Of a stretch of 64,000 nt of DNA, positions 49,348 to 59,533 are shown one piece after another; within the stretch, counting starts at the first letter, position 1, and each line of letters starts with the position of its first letter. This DNA is from an uncultured bacterium (lineage in GTDB: Bacteria > Krumholzibacteriota > Krumholzibacteriia > Krumholzibacteriales > Krumholzibacteriaceae). A program made the position numbers and the translations under genes. The stretch lies in NCBI GenBank assembly GCA_963786935.1, contig CAWBAN010000001.1, positions 640,001 to 704,000 on the forward strand, given 5' to 3'. Below the pieces are notes generated by a model. The model searched no databases. It was not told the origin of the DNA and saw only the letters and a program-made list of their open reading frames with translations.

Positions 49348-50604
49348 ATGCATTATTCCATCTCGATCGCGCTCAAGTATCTGCGGACGAAGCGGCGCCG
49401 CGGGTTCATCTCCCGGGTGACGGCGATCGCCATCGCCGGAACGCTCGTCGGGGTCGCCACCCTCATCATCGTGCTCTCGCTCATGAACGGTTTCGAGAAC
49501 GAGCTGCGGAGCCGGATCGTCGAATTCAACACGCACGTCCTCGTGTTCGCGCGGACGCCGAACGCGTGGGCGTCCATCGATTCGACCGCCGCCCTCGTCG
49601 AGAGCCTGCCGGACGTCGTCGCCGTTTCCCCCTTCGTGCGGGGAGAGGCGCTCATCTACTACGACGTCGTTCCGGGCGTCAGGGTCAAGACGAAGGGCGC
49701 GATCGTGAAGGGGCTCGATCTCGCGCGGGAGCGGGCCGTCTCGACGGTCGTCGATTCGATGACGCCGCCGATCACGTCGTTCACGGTGCGGGGATTCGAC
49801 GACGGGAAGGACGTCCCCGGCATCGTGCTCGGGAAGGATCTCGCCGACGAGCTCATCGTCTATCTCGGCGAGGTTCTCACCCTCGTGACCGCTCCGGCGG
49901 AGTTCAGGACAGGATCGCTCAATCCCCAGACGCAGGAGTTCCGCGTCATCGGAACCTTCAAGACGGGCGTGTACGAGTTCGATTCGCGCTTCGTATACAT
50001 CGACCTCAAGGACGCGGAGCGGCTCTTCGAATTCGAGTCGGCGATACACGGCCTCGGCGTGAGAATCAAGGACATCTACCGGGCCGACAAGGTCGACGCG
50101 CGGATCCTGGACCTCCTCAACTCCCCCTCGTACGGCGCGAACAACTGGATTCAGATGAACAGGAATCTCTTCAGCTACATCAAGGTCGAGAAGATCCTCA
50201 TGTTCCTGCTGCTGACGCTCATCATCCTCATCGCCGCGTTCAATCTCGTCGCGATGCTGACGATGGTGATCATGGAAAAGCGCAACGAGATCGGCATCCT
50301 GCGCTCGATGGGGGCTTCGTCGAGGGGCGTGATGTCGGTGTTCATGCTGCAGGGGACGTTCATCGGAGCGGTGGGCACGGCGATCGGCGCCGCCGCGGGG
50401 CTCATCATCTGCGGGGTGCTCCGGGAAGTGAAGATCGATCTCCCGCCGGACGTGTACTTCATCAATACGCTTCCGGTTCTCGTGAGCTGGGCGGACGTCA
50501 TGATGGTGTGCGCGGCGTCTCTCGCGATCTGTTTCCTGGCCACGCTGTACCCGAGCTGGGAGGCGTGCCGCATGCCTCCCCTGGATGCGATACGGTATGA
50601 TTGA
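49348..50604 (+). CDS. lolE: Lipoprotein-releasing ABC transporter permease LolC/E
   Basis: LSLMNGFE, EIGILRSMGA, DVYFI, ATLYPS. Confidence 0.9.
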   Translation: MHYSISIALKYLRTKRRRGFISRVTAIAIAGTLVGVATLIIVLSLMNGFENELRSRIVEFNTHVLVFARTPNAWASIDSTAALVESLPDVVAVSPFVRGEALIYYDVVPGVRVKTKGAIVKGLDLARERAVSTVVDSMTPPITSFTVRGFDDGKDVPGIVLGKDLADELIVYLGEVLTLVTAPAEFRTGSLNPQTQEFRVIGTFKTGVYEFDSRFVYIDLKDAERLFEFESAIHGLGVRIKDIYRADKVDARILDLLNSPSYGANNWIQMNRNLFSYIKVEKILMFLLLTLIILIAAFNLVAMLTMVIMEKRNEIGILRSMGASSRGVMSVFMLQGTFIGAVGTAIGAAAGLIICGVLREVKIDLPPDVYFINTLPVLVSWADVMMVCAASLAICFLATLYPSWEACRMPPLDAIRYD

Positions 50605-50691
50605 TATTTCGAGAGATATGGGGAACAAATGCGACAAATCGGCGCCTGTTGCGCCGACGCAGGCAGAGTTATTATATTGTTGGAGCCGGGA

Positions 50692-51378
50692 ATGACACTC
50701 GAGGCGCGCGGAATATGGAGGATTTACGAGGGCACGAAGGGCCCGATCGAGGTCCTGAAGGGCGTCGATCTCGAAGTGGCGGTCGGGGAGGTCGTGGTGG
50801 TCATCGGGGCGTCCGGCGCCGGGAAAAGCACCCTGCTGCATATCCTCGGCACGCTCGACGCGCCGGACCGGGGGAGCGTGCTCGTCAGGGGGGTGGATCC
50901 CCGGAAATGCTCCCCGCGGGAGCTCAATATGATAAGAAACAGGGATATCGGATTCGTCTTCCAGTTCCACTACCTGCTGCCCGAGTTCAGCGCGCTCGAG
51001 AACGTCATGATGCCGTCGGTCATCGGCGGCCGGGACCGGCGCGCCGCGGAGGGAAGGGCTCTGGAGCTCCTCGGGGCGGTCGGCCTCGAAGAGCGGATCC
51101 ATCACCGGCCGGCGGAGCTCTCCGGCGGGGAGCAGCAGCGCGTGGCCGTCGCGCGGGCGCTCGCCAACGGTCCGTCGATCGTGCTGGCCGATGAGCCGTC
51201 GGGGAATCTCGACGACCGGGCGAGCGAGAGCCTCCATGCGCTCATGCGGGAGCTCTCGAGGTCGCAGAAGCAGACATTCATCGTCGTCACGCACAAGAAG
51301 GAGCTTCTCGAGAAGGCCGACCGGGGATTCGTCCTCGCGGACGGCACGCTCCACGGGATCGGCGGGGGGGGCGCATGA
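50692..51378 (+). CDS. lolD: Lipoprotein-releasing ABC transporter ATPase
   Basis: GASGAGKST, LolD motif GFVFQFHYLL, LSGGEQQR, DEPSGNLD. Confidence 0.93.
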   Translation: MTLEARGIWRIYEGTKGPIEVLKGVDLEVAVGEVVVVIGASGAGKSTLLHILGTLDAPDRGSVLVRGVDPRKCSPRELNMIRNRDIGFVFQFHYLLPEFSALENVMMPSVIGGRDRRAAEGRALELLGAVGLEERIHHRPAELSGGEQQRVAVARALANGPSIVLADEPSGNLDDRASESLHALMRELSRSQKQTFIVVTHKKELLEKADRGFVLADGTLHGIGGGGA

Positions 51379-51899
51379 TCTGCCAGTTCTGCAAGAAGCG
51401 GGAGGCGACCATTCACGTCACCAACGTCGAGAGCAACAAGGTGCGCGCGATCCATATCTGCGCCCCGTGCGCCGAGGAGCGCGGCTTCGACGAGCTCAAG
51501 AAAAGCAATTTCACGATGACCGATTTCGTGGCGGGGCTGTTCGATTCGGCGTTCGCGGCGGCGGAGAAAGGGATTTCCCCGGACAGCTGTCCGAACTGCG
51601 GAACGAGCTATTCCGCCTTCCAGGAGATGGGACGGCTCGGCTGCTCGCAGTGCTACGAGTTTTTCCAGCAGCAGCTGATCCCGCTCCTCAGGAGCATCCA
51701 CGGCAACACGCGCCACCTCGGGAAGATCCCGCAGCGGTTCGCGCGGCAGGTGAGCCTCAGACGGAAGGCGCGGGGGCTGCAGGACGAGCTCGAGCTGGCG
51801 ATCCAGCTCGAGCAGTACGAGCGCGCGGCCGAGCTGCGCGACGAGATCCGCAAGCTCTCCGAACGAGAGGGAGGGGAGGGACGGGCGTGTCAGCGCTGA
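51375..51899 (+). CDS. mcsA: McsA, protein-arginine kinase activator
   Basis: Four CxxC motifs (CQFC, CAPC, CPNC, CSQC), HLGKIP and UVR domain YERAAELRDEI. Confidence 0.93.
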   Translation: MICQFCKKREATIHVTNVESNKVRAIHICAPCAEERGFDELKKSNFTMTDFVAGLFDSAFAAAEKGISPDSCPNCGTSYSAFQEMGRLGCSQCYEFFQQQLIPLLRSIHGNTRHLGKIPQRFARQVSLRRKARGLQDELELAIQLEQYERAAELRDEIRKLSEREGGEGRACQR

Positions 51900-52936
51900 A
51901 GACACTGATCGAGAATCCGGCGCGGTGGCTTTCGAGCGACGCCGAGGAGAGCGAGCTCGTGCTCTCGAGCCGCGTGCGGATCGCGCGCAACCTCGACCGG
52001 CGCTCCTTCACCCACGGCGCGAGCGTCCAGGTGCTCGGCGAGATACGCGACGAGGCGAAGGCGTCGCTCGCGGACTGTCCCGGACTCGCCGGCGCGCTCG
52101 TCCTCGACATGGACGGGATCCCCGAGCCGGACCGGATGCTGCTCGCGGAGCGGCGCCTCATCAGCCTCGAGATGGTGAAGAACTACGTCAATCGATCCCT
52201 CGTCGCCATGCCGGACGAGCAGATGAGCGTCATGATCAACGAAGAGGATCATCTGCGGATCCAGTCGTTCGAACCGGGGCTCGCGCTGCAGCGGGCCTTC
52301 GACCGGATCTCCGAGCTCGATAACGAAATCGACGCGCGGCTCTGCTACGCGTACTCCGAGGAGCTCGGCTACCTCACGGCGTGTCCGACGAACGTCGGCA
52401 CCGGTCTCAGGGTTTCGGCGATGGTTCATCTGCCGGGGCTCGTTCATAACAAGGATATCGGACAGGTGCTCGACGGATTGCGCAACATCCGTCTCACGGT
52501 CCGCGGCATCTACGGTGAGGGGAGCGACATCATCGGCAATTTCTTCCAGGTGTCGAACAGCATCACCCTCGGCCTCTCCGAGGAAGACACGGTCAGGAAT
52601 CTCGAGGGGCATATTCGCAAGGTGCTTGAATTCGAGAAAAAAGCGAGGAGCGTGCTGCTGAAAAAGGCACGGAGCTTGCTCGAAGACAAGATATGGAGGG
52701 CATTCGGGATCCTCAAGACGGCGAGGCTTGTAACTTCTAAAGAGGCAATGAGTTTGATTTCAGCAGTCCGTCTTGGCATAGGCCTTGGCATCATCACGGA
52801 ATGCCGGTTGTCGACGCTGAACGAGCTGTTCATCATGATCCAGCCGATGCACCTCCAGAAGCTCCATGACAGGGCGATGAAGGCCGAGGAGAGAGACCGC
52901 GCCCGGGCCGATTACATCAGGGCGAAGCTATTGTGA
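51887..52936 (+). CDS. mcsB: Protein arginine kinase McsB
   Basis: SSRVRIARN, NEEDHLRIQ, YLTACPTNVGTG, RGIYGEG. Confidence 0.95.
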   Translation: MSALKTLIENPARWLSSDAEESELVLSSRVRIARNLDRRSFTHGASVQVLGEIRDEAKASLADCPGLAGALVLDMDGIPEPDRMLLAERRLISLEMVKNYVNRSLVAMPDEQMSVMINEEDHLRIQSFEPGLALQRAFDRISELDNEIDARLCYAYSEELGYLTACPTNVGTGLRVSAMVHLPGLVHNKDIGQVLDGLRNIRLTVRGIYGEGSDIIGNFFQVSNSITLGLSEEDTVRNLEGHIRKVLEFEKKARSVLLKKARSLLEDKIWRAFGILKTARLVTSKEAMSLISAVRLGIGLGIITECRLSTLNELFIMIQPMHLQKLHDRAMKAEERDRARADYIRAKLL

Positions 52937-52991
52937 GTAGGTCTTATTTGTATATATTACAATAATTAAGAAAGGATAGTAAAAGCTCCAC

Positions 52992-55439
52992 ATGAATGAC
53001 AAATTCACCGAAAGAGTGCGTAAGGTCATCTATCTCGCACGCGACGAGGCGAACAGGCTCCAGCACGATTACATCGGGACGGAGCACCTCCTGCTCGGGA
53101 TTCTGCGTCTCGGCGAAGGCATCGCGGCGGAGGTTCTCCAACGGCTCGAGGTCGATTCGGAGCAGATCCAGCAGACCATCGAGAACATGGTGAAGCCGAC
53201 CGGCGGCACGCTCACCGTCGGCGAGATTCCGCTCACCCCGCGCGCGAAACGGGTTCTCGAGCTTTCGGTGGAGGAAGCCAGATTTCTCGGCCACAACTAC
53301 GTCGGGACGGAGCACCTGCTGCTCGGCCTCATCCGGGAAGGGGAAGGCGTGGCGGCGCGCGTGCTGCTCGAGCTCGGCGTCGACCGGAAGCGCGTGCGCG
53401 AGGAGATCATGAAGAGCCTCGCCAAGAGCGGCGGCGCGGCGGGCGCGAAGAAGGGCGTTCGCGGCAAGGCCGAAACCTCGACCCTCGACCAGTTCGGGCG
53501 CGACCTCACGCAGCACGCCCGCGATCAGAAGCTCGATCCGATCATCGGGCGGGATCAGGAGATCGGGAGGGTGATCCAGATCCTCTGCCGGAGAAAGAAG
53601 AACAATCCCGTCCTCATCGGCGAACCGGGCGTCGGGAAGACCGCCATCGTGGAGGGGCTCGCGCAGCGGATCGTGGAGGGGAAGGTGCCGGAGCTCCTGC
53701 GCGACAAGCGCATCACGACGCTCGATCTCGCTTCGATCGTCGCGGGGACGAAATACCGGGGGCAATTCGAGGAACGCCTGAAGACGATCATCAACGAAAT
53801 CCGGGACAACGACCAGGTCATCATCTTCATCGACGAGATCCATACGATCGTGGGAGCGGGGGGGGCGGAGGGGGCGATCGACGCTTCCAACATGCTCAAG
53901 CCGGCGCTCGCCCGCGGCGAGATCCAGTGCATCGGCGCCACGACGCTCGATGAGTATCGCAAGCACATCGAGAAGGACGGCGCCCTCGAGCGGCGGTTCC
54001 AGCCGATCATCATCAATCCGCCGTCGGAGGACGAGACGGTCCGTATCATCATGGGGCTCCGCGACAAGTACGAGGCGCATCACCGCACGAAATTCACGGA
54101 GGCGGCCGTCCGCCAGGCGGTTTACCTCTCGCAGCGGTACATCCAGGGGCGCTTCCTCCCCGACAAGGCGATCGACGTGATCGACGAGGCCGGGGCGCGG
54201 GCGCGCCTCTCGGTGACGACGGTGCCCGAGAGCCTCCGCGATCTCGAGCGGAGCGCCGAAGATATTTCGAAGGAGAAGGAATCGGCGATCCAGGCGCAGG
54301 AATTCGAGAAAGCGGCCGCCTTCCGCGACCAGGAGAAGGAGATCCGCAAGCGCATCCAGGATCTCCATCGCGAGTGGAGCGATTCGCGGCAGGAGAGCGA
54401 ATCGGTCGTGACGGAGCGCGAGATCGCGGCCGTCATTTCCGATATGACCGGCATTCCGGTGTCCGAGGTGCAGGAGGAGGAGACGGAAAAGCTCCTCCAT
54501 ATCGAGGACGAGCTGCGCAAGCGCGTCATCGGGCAGGAAGAAGCGCTCCGGGCGATCGCGACCGCCGTCCGCCGCAACCGCGCCGGGCTCCGCGATCCGC
54601 GGCGTCCCATCGGCTCGTTCTTCTTCCTCGGGCCCACCGGCGTCGGGAAGACCGAGCTCGCGCGGGCCATTTCGGCGATTCTGTTCGAGAGCGAGGACGC
54701 GCTCCTGCGCATCGATATGTCCGAATACATGGAAAAATTCGCCATCTCGCGCCTCGTCGGCGCCCCTCCGGGCTACGTCGGGTACGAGGAGGGGGGGCAG
54801 CTCACCGAGAAGGTGCGCCGCAAGCCATACTCCGTCGTCCTCCTCGACGAGATCGAGAAGGCGCATCCCGACGTGTTCAACCTGCTCCTTCAGATTCTCG
54901 AGGAAGGTTGTCTCACCGATTCCTTCGGTCGCAGGGTCGATTTCAAGAACACCGTGCTGATCATGACCTCGAACGTCGGCGCGAAGGAGATCAAGGGGAA
55001 GAAGGGGATGGGATTCATTTCCGAGGGGAGCGACGCCGGCTACCAGCACATGAAATCGCGCGTCCTCGACGAGCTCAAGAAGGTCTTCAATCCCGAATTC
55101 CTCAACCGCCTCGACGAGATCATCGTGTTCCATCAGCTCGAGCGGGCGGATCTCATCAAGATCATCGGGATTCTTCTCAAGGACCTCTACAAGCGGCTCG
55201 AGACGCAGAGCATCGAGTTCGAGATCACGAACGAGGCCCGGGAGTTCATCCTCGAGAAGGGGTACAATCCCGAGCACGGCGCGCGTCCGCTCAAGCGCGC
55301 GATCCAGAAGTACCTCGAGGATCCGCTCAGCGAGAAGCTTCTCAACGGCGAGATCGCGCGAAACGACCTGCTCAAGATCACGGCCGAGCCGGGAGCCGCG
55401 GGGCTCACCTTCGCGGCCGTGAAGAAGGTGCGCTCCTAG
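52992..55439 (+). CDS. clpC: ATP-dependent Clp protease ATPase ClpC
   Basis: Two Clp-N repeats (GTEHLLLG), [22 protein letters not shown] ClpP-docking loop. Confidence 0.97.
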   Translation: MNDKFTERVRKVIYLARDEANRLQHDYIGTEHLLLGILRLGEGIAAEVLQRLEVDSEQIQQTIENMVKPTGGTLTVGEIPLTPRAKRVLELSVEEARFLGHNYVGTEHLLLGLIREGEGVAARVLLELGVDRKRVREEIMKSLAKSGGAAGAKKGVRGKAETSTLDQFGRDLTQHARDQKLDPIIGRDQEIGRVIQILCRRKKNNPVLIGEPGVGKTAIVEGLAQRIVEGKVPELLRDKRITTLDLASIVAGTKYRGQFEERLKTIINEIRDNDQVIIFIDEIHTIVGAGGAEGAIDASNMLKPALARGEIQCIGATTLDEYRKHIEKDGALERRFQPIIINPPSEDETVRIIMGLRDKYEAHHRTKFTEAAVRQAVYLSQRYIQGRFLPDKAIDVIDEAGARARLSVTTVPESLRDLERSAEDISKEKESAIQAQEFEKAAAFRDQEKEIRKRIQDLHREWSDSRQESESVVTEREIAAVISDMTGIPVSEVQEEETEKLLHIEDELRKRVIGQEEALRAIATAVRRNRAGLRDPRRPIGSFFFLGPTGVGKTELARAISAILFESEDALLRIDMSEYMEKFAISRLVGAPPGYVGYEEGGQLTEKVRRKPYSVVLLDEIEKAHPDVFNLLLQILEEGCLTDSFGRRVDFKNTVLIMTSNVGAKEIKGKKGMGFISEGSDAGYQHMKSRVLDELKKVFNPEFLNRLDEIIVFHQLERADLIKIIGILLKDLYKRLETQSIEFEITNEAREFILEKGYNPEHGARPLKRAIQKYLEDPLSEKLLNGEIARNDLLKITAEPGAAGLTFAAVKKVRS

Positions 55440-55490
55440 AGCCGCCGCTCCGCGGCATCCGCCGCGCCGCCGAAAAATTCCCTTTTGCGA

Positions 55491-55519
55491 TTGTACAACC
55501 GGCACCGGTGTGATAGCAT
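55491..55519 (+). promoter_or_regulatory. Candidate sigma70 promoter for bamA
   Basis: TTGTAC-N17-TAGCAT with a TGn extension. Confidence 0.5.
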
Positions 55520-55565
55520 TCGCGCCGCTCCGCATTTTTGTGTACATTTCAGGTAAGGAACTGGA

Positions 55566-57815
55566 ATGAAACGTACCGGCGCCGTTGTCTGTCTCATGCT
55601 CCTCTTCGCCTCCGCCGTCCGATCGATGCCGATCGGCGGGGTCGAGGTCACGGGGAATTACTGGCTCTCCGAGGCGAAGATTCTCACGATTTTCGGTGTC
55701 CGCGCCGGGGAGGAATATCGCGAGGAGCGCGTGACGGACGGCCTCAAGCGCCTCTCCCAGACGAAGCAGTTTTCGGATCTTCAGGTGCGCTCCCGCGTCG
55801 AAAACGGCGCGATGATCCTGTCGCTCGCCGTCGCGGAGTACCCCCGCGTGAAGGAGGTCCGCGTCCAGGGGACGAGCAAGCTCAAGCGGGATGACGTCGA
55901 GGCGAAGGTGGCGCTCAAGGAGGGCTATTTCGCCCGTCCGTCCCTCTTCACGCAGGACGTCGACTCGATACGCGCCCTCTACGCCGACAAGGGCTACAGC
56001 CGGGCGAAGGTCGAGGTGCGCAAGACCGCCGTCGAGAAGGAGCACAGCGTCATCGTCGCCTACGTCGTCACCGAGGGGCGGAAGATCAAGATTCGGCATC
56101 TCGATATTCTCGGCAACGGCGCTCTCGAATCGTCCGACATCAAGCGGATCATTCAAACGAGGGAGAGCAAGTGGTGGCGCGGGGCGGATTACAAGCCGGC
56201 GACGATCGCGGAGGATCTCAAGAGAATCAGGGAGCTCTACGGAACCATCGGGTATATCGACGCCGATGCCCGCGTCGACAAGACGGAGGAGATCGACGAC
56301 GGCAAGGCGCTCGACGTCTACATCCGCGTCGACGAAGGGCAGCGCTATACCCTCGGGCGTCTGACGTGGACCGGCAACAAGGTCGTCACCGACGACGAGA
56401 TACGGGGGTTCGTGGATCTCAAGGAAGGGGATCCGTTCGCGATCGACCGCGTCGAAGGCCTCCAGATGGCGATCAACAGCAAGTATTGGGAGCAGGGCTA
56501 CATCTGGAGCCGCGTCAACGCCGACCGGAACATCCGCGGCCGGCGCGTCGATCTCGATCTCGAGATCGTCGAGAACAATCCCACCTCGATCAACGAAATC
56601 AAGATATCGGGCAACTCGAAAACGTTCGAAAACGTCATCAGGCGCGAGCTCAGCGTATACCCCGGCGAGCGGTTCGTTCTCAACAAGGTGCAGCGGAGCA
56701 TCCGCGACGTCGTCGCGCTCGGCTACTTCAACGGTTTTCCGAAGCTCGACACGGAGCCGGTAAGCGAGGGAGGAGATATCAATCTCCTGCTCTCGATCGA
56801 GGAGAAGACGACGGGCAATTTCCGCATGGGAGCGGGATTCTCGCAGCTCAACTCCCTGAGCGGCTTCTTCGGCATCCAGGAAAACAACCTCTTCGGGCGC
56901 GGCAAGAGCGTCTCGCTCGACTGGGAGTTCGGAAAAACGAGGAAGAATATCAATTTCAGCTACTCGGAGCCGTATTTTCTGGAAACGGAGAACTCGCTCA
57001 CCTTCACCGTGTACAACTGGATTCAGGACCGCGTCAGTCAGCAGTACTACACGGATCGCCGCAAGGGCTTCTCGGTCCAGCTCGGGCGGCCGTTCCCCTA
57101 CCTCGATTACATGAGGTTCTGGGCGGCCTACCGGTTCGAGCACGTGGCGCTCTCGAATTTCTCTCCCGATTATCCCGCGACGGGCGATCTCCGCCTCACG
57201 CAGTGGCCGCTCCTCAAGAGCAGCATGCTCTTCAGCCTGACGCGAAACTCGACGGACAATCCGACCCATCCGACCGAGGGATCGGTCGCGTCGTTGAGCG
57301 CCGAGTACGCGGGCGGCATTCTCCAGGGAAACGTCAACTACATGCGCTACACGGGCGATCTCTCGTGGTTCCGGAAGGTGTTCTGGAAGCTCACGTTCCA
57401 TATGAGCATGGAAGCCGGCCTGATCGACGGGCTCAGCGATCCGCAGGAGGTGCAGGACTTCGAGAAGTTCCGCCTCGGCGGCAACCGGCGATATGCCCTG
57501 CGCGGATACGATTTCTACGAGGTCGTGCCCGAGGGCAACGATATCTACGTCGGCGGGCGGTTCATGACGAGCTTCACGCACGAGCTGCTTTTCCCCTTCA
57601 GCGACGCGGTGTACGGGCTCGTGTTCTTCGACGCCGGGAACACGTGGAACTCTTTCGGCGAGGCGTACCCCTTCAACCTCCGCCGCGGCGTCGGATTCGG
57701 AGTGCGGGTCGAGATGCCGGCCCTCGGAAACCTCGGATTCGATTACGGGTACGGATTCGATAAAGTCGGCGGAGGGGCCTGGGAGCCGCATTTCACCTTC
57801 GGCACGATGTTCTAA
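55566..57815 (+). CDS. bamA: Outer membrane protein assembly factor BamA
   Basis: Signal peptide, POTRA repeats, NLFGRG, LRGY loop, terminal HFTFGTMF. Confidence 0.96.
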   Translation: MKRTGAVVCLMLLFASAVRSMPIGGVEVTGNYWLSEAKILTIFGVRAGEEYREERVTDGLKRLSQTKQFSDLQVRSRVENGAMILSLAVAEYPRVKEVRVQGTSKLKRDDVEAKVALKEGYFARPSLFTQDVDSIRALYADKGYSRAKVEVRKTAVEKEHSVIVAYVVTEGRKIKIRHLDILGNGALESSDIKRIIQTRESKWWRGADYKPATIAEDLKRIRELYGTIGYIDADARVDKTEEIDDGKALDVYIRVDEGQRYTLGRLTWTGNKVVTDDEIRGFVDLKEGDPFAIDRVEGLQMAINSKYWEQGYIWSRVNADRNIRGRRVDLDLEIVENNPTSINEIKISGNSKTFENVIRRELSVYPGERFVLNKVQRSIRDVVALGYFNGFPKLDTEPVSEGGDINLLLSIEEKTTGNFRMGAGFSQLNSLSGFFGIQENNLFGRGKSVSLDWEFGKTRKNINFSYSEPYFLETENSLTFTVYNWIQDRVSQQYYTDRRKGFSVQLGRPFPYLDYMRFWAAYRFEHVALSNFSPDYPATGDLRLTQWPLLKSSMLFSLTRNSTDNPTHPTEGSVASLSAEYAGGILQGNVNYMRYTGDLSWFRKVFWKLTFHMSMEAGLIDGLSDPQEVQDFEKFRLGGNRRYALRGYDFYEVVPEGNDIYVGGRFMTSFTHELLFPFSDAVYGLVFFDAGNTWNSFGEAYPFNLRRGVGFGVRVEMPALGNLGFDYGYGFDKVGGGAWEPHFTFGTMF

Positions 57816-57890
57816 AAAATAGTGGTTTCAATCGCGGTAAAAAGCACTATATTGGTGAACAATGATATTCGGTCGAAAGGAGGCCTCTTG

Positions 57891-58439
57891 ATGAAGAAGG
57901 TGTCGTGTTTCATCCTCGTGTGCTTCATCGTGTCGCACCTTCCCGTGAGCGCGCTGTGGGCGGAGGAAATCAAGCTCGGATACATCGATACGGTGAAAAT
58001 ATTCGCCGAGTTCAAGGAAACGGTGGACGCCGAGGCGATATACAAGAAAGAGGTTGAAGCCTGGAAGAAGAAGGCGTCCGATATGGAAGCCGCGCTCGCG
58101 ACGATGCGCGAGGAGATTCAGAGTCAGAGCCTCATGCTGAGCGAGGAGAAGCTCGCCGAGAAGAAGCAGCTCTTCGACAAGAAGCTCGCTGAATATAATC
58201 AGTACATGAGCGACGTGTTCGGCGATAACGGCCAAGCCGCGAAGCGCAACAAAGAGCTTACCCAGCCCATCGTCGAGAAGATCAACACGGTCATCGCCCA
58301 GATCGCCGAGGCGGAGGGCTATACGATCATTCTCGATGCCGCGCAGGGGAACATCGTGTTCGCGAAGAAGGCGCTCGATCTCACGACCCGCGTCATGGAA
58401 GAGCTCGAGAAGCAGATGGTGAAGAATCCCGCTCCCTGA
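57891..58439 (+). CDS. skp: Periplasmic chaperone Skp/OmpH
   Basis: KLGYIDT, coiled coils, GYTIILD, LDLT; AAGGAGG RBS. Confidence 0.93.
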   Translation: MKKVSCFILVCFIVSHLPVSALWAEEIKLGYIDTVKIFAEFKETVDAEAIYKKEVEAWKKKASDMEAALATMREEIQSQSLMLSEEKLAEKKQLFDKKLAEYNQYMSDVFGDNGQAAKRNKELTQPIVEKINTVIAQIAEAEGYTIILDAAQGNIVFAKKALDLTTRVMEELEKQMVKNPAP

Positions 58440-58474
58440 CGGATCCCGCAATCGGTCCGGGGGGTTCATTCGCG

Positions 58475-59533
58475 ATGGTTTCATACACGCTTGAAGAGGT
58501 GGCCCGGCTGGTCGGCGGCACGGTTGTCGGCGCGCCGGATATCGTGATCACCGGCGTCGCGGGGATCAAAGAGGCGCACGAGGGCGAGATCACCTTCCTC
58601 GCCAATTCGAAGTACGAGTCGTACCTCGCGACGACGCGCGCGTCCGCGGTCATCGCCGATCGCGAGGACGGTTCCCCGAAACCGATCGTCAAGGTGTCCA
58701 ATCCCTATCTCGCGTTCCTGAAAGTCATGTCCCTCTTTTCCGGCGGGCATTTCGACCGGCGCCAGCAGGGCGTCCACCCGACGGCGATCGTCGCGAAATC
58801 GGCGACGCTCGCGGCGGACGTTTCGGTCGGCGCGTATTGCTTCGTCGGTGAGGGCGTCTCGATCGGCGCGCGAACGACGATTCTCCCGCTCGTCTGCGTC
58901 CTCGACGGCGCGAAGCTCGGCGAGGACTGCCTCGTCTATCCGCACGTCACCGTGCGGGAGTGCTGCGTTCTCGGGAACCGGGTCATCGTGCATTCGGGAA
59001 CCGTCATCGGGAGCGACGGGTTCGGCTACGCGAAGGACGGCGACCTGAACCGCAAGATTCCGCAAATCGGGATCGTCGCCATCGAGGACGACGTCGAGAT
59101 CGGGTCGAACGCGGCGATCGACCGGGCGACGACGGACGTCACCCTCATCAAGCGGGGCACCAAGATAGACAACCTCGTCCAGATCGCGCACAACGTCGTC
59201 ATCGGGGAGGATTCGATCATCGCCGCGCAGGCCGGCGTCTCGGGAAGCACGCAGCTCGGCCGGAACGTGGTTCTCGGCGGCCAGGCGGGGCTCGTCGGGC
59301 ACATCAATCTCGGCGACAACGTGATGGTCGGCGCGCAGGGGGGCGTCACGAAGTCGGTTCCGGCCAATACGAGGGTGTCCGGCTATCCCGCGCGCGAGCA
59401 CGGCTCGGCCCGCAAGATCTACGCGCTCATCGCGCGGCTCCCCGAGCTCTTCCGGGAATTCAAGCAGCTTGCGGCGAGGGTCGGCGCCCTGGAGAAAGGC
59501 GCGAAACGTGGTCCGGCAGCAAAGAACGATTAA
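58475..59533 (+). CDS. lpxD: UDP-3-O-acylglucosamine N-acyltransferase
   Basis: Hexapeptide repeats, GSDGFGY, KIDNLVQIAHN. Confidence 0.96.
   Translation: MVSYTLEEVARLVGGTVVGAPDIVITGVAGIKEAHEGEITFLANSKYESYLATTRASAVIADREDGSPKPIVKVSNPYLAFLKVMSLFSGGHFDRRQQGVHPTAIVAKSATLAADVSVGAYCFVGEGVSIGARTTILPLVCVLDGAKLGEDCLVYPHVTVRECCVLGNRVIVHSGTVIGSDGFGYAKDGDLNRKIPQIGIVAIEDDVEIGSNAAIDRATTDVTLIKRGTKIDNLVQIAHNVVIGEDSIIAAQAGVSGSTQLGRNVVLGGQAGLVGHINLGDNVMVGAQGGVTKSVPANTRVSGYPAREHGSARKIYALIARLPELFREFKQLAARVGALEKGAKRGPAAKND

Noticed and set aside
52944..57791. 1615-aa minus-strand ORF and many other long antisense or alternate-frame ORFs
   Set aside because: Shadow ORFs opposite clpC, bamA and other real genes, expected at high GC3; no recognisable motifs
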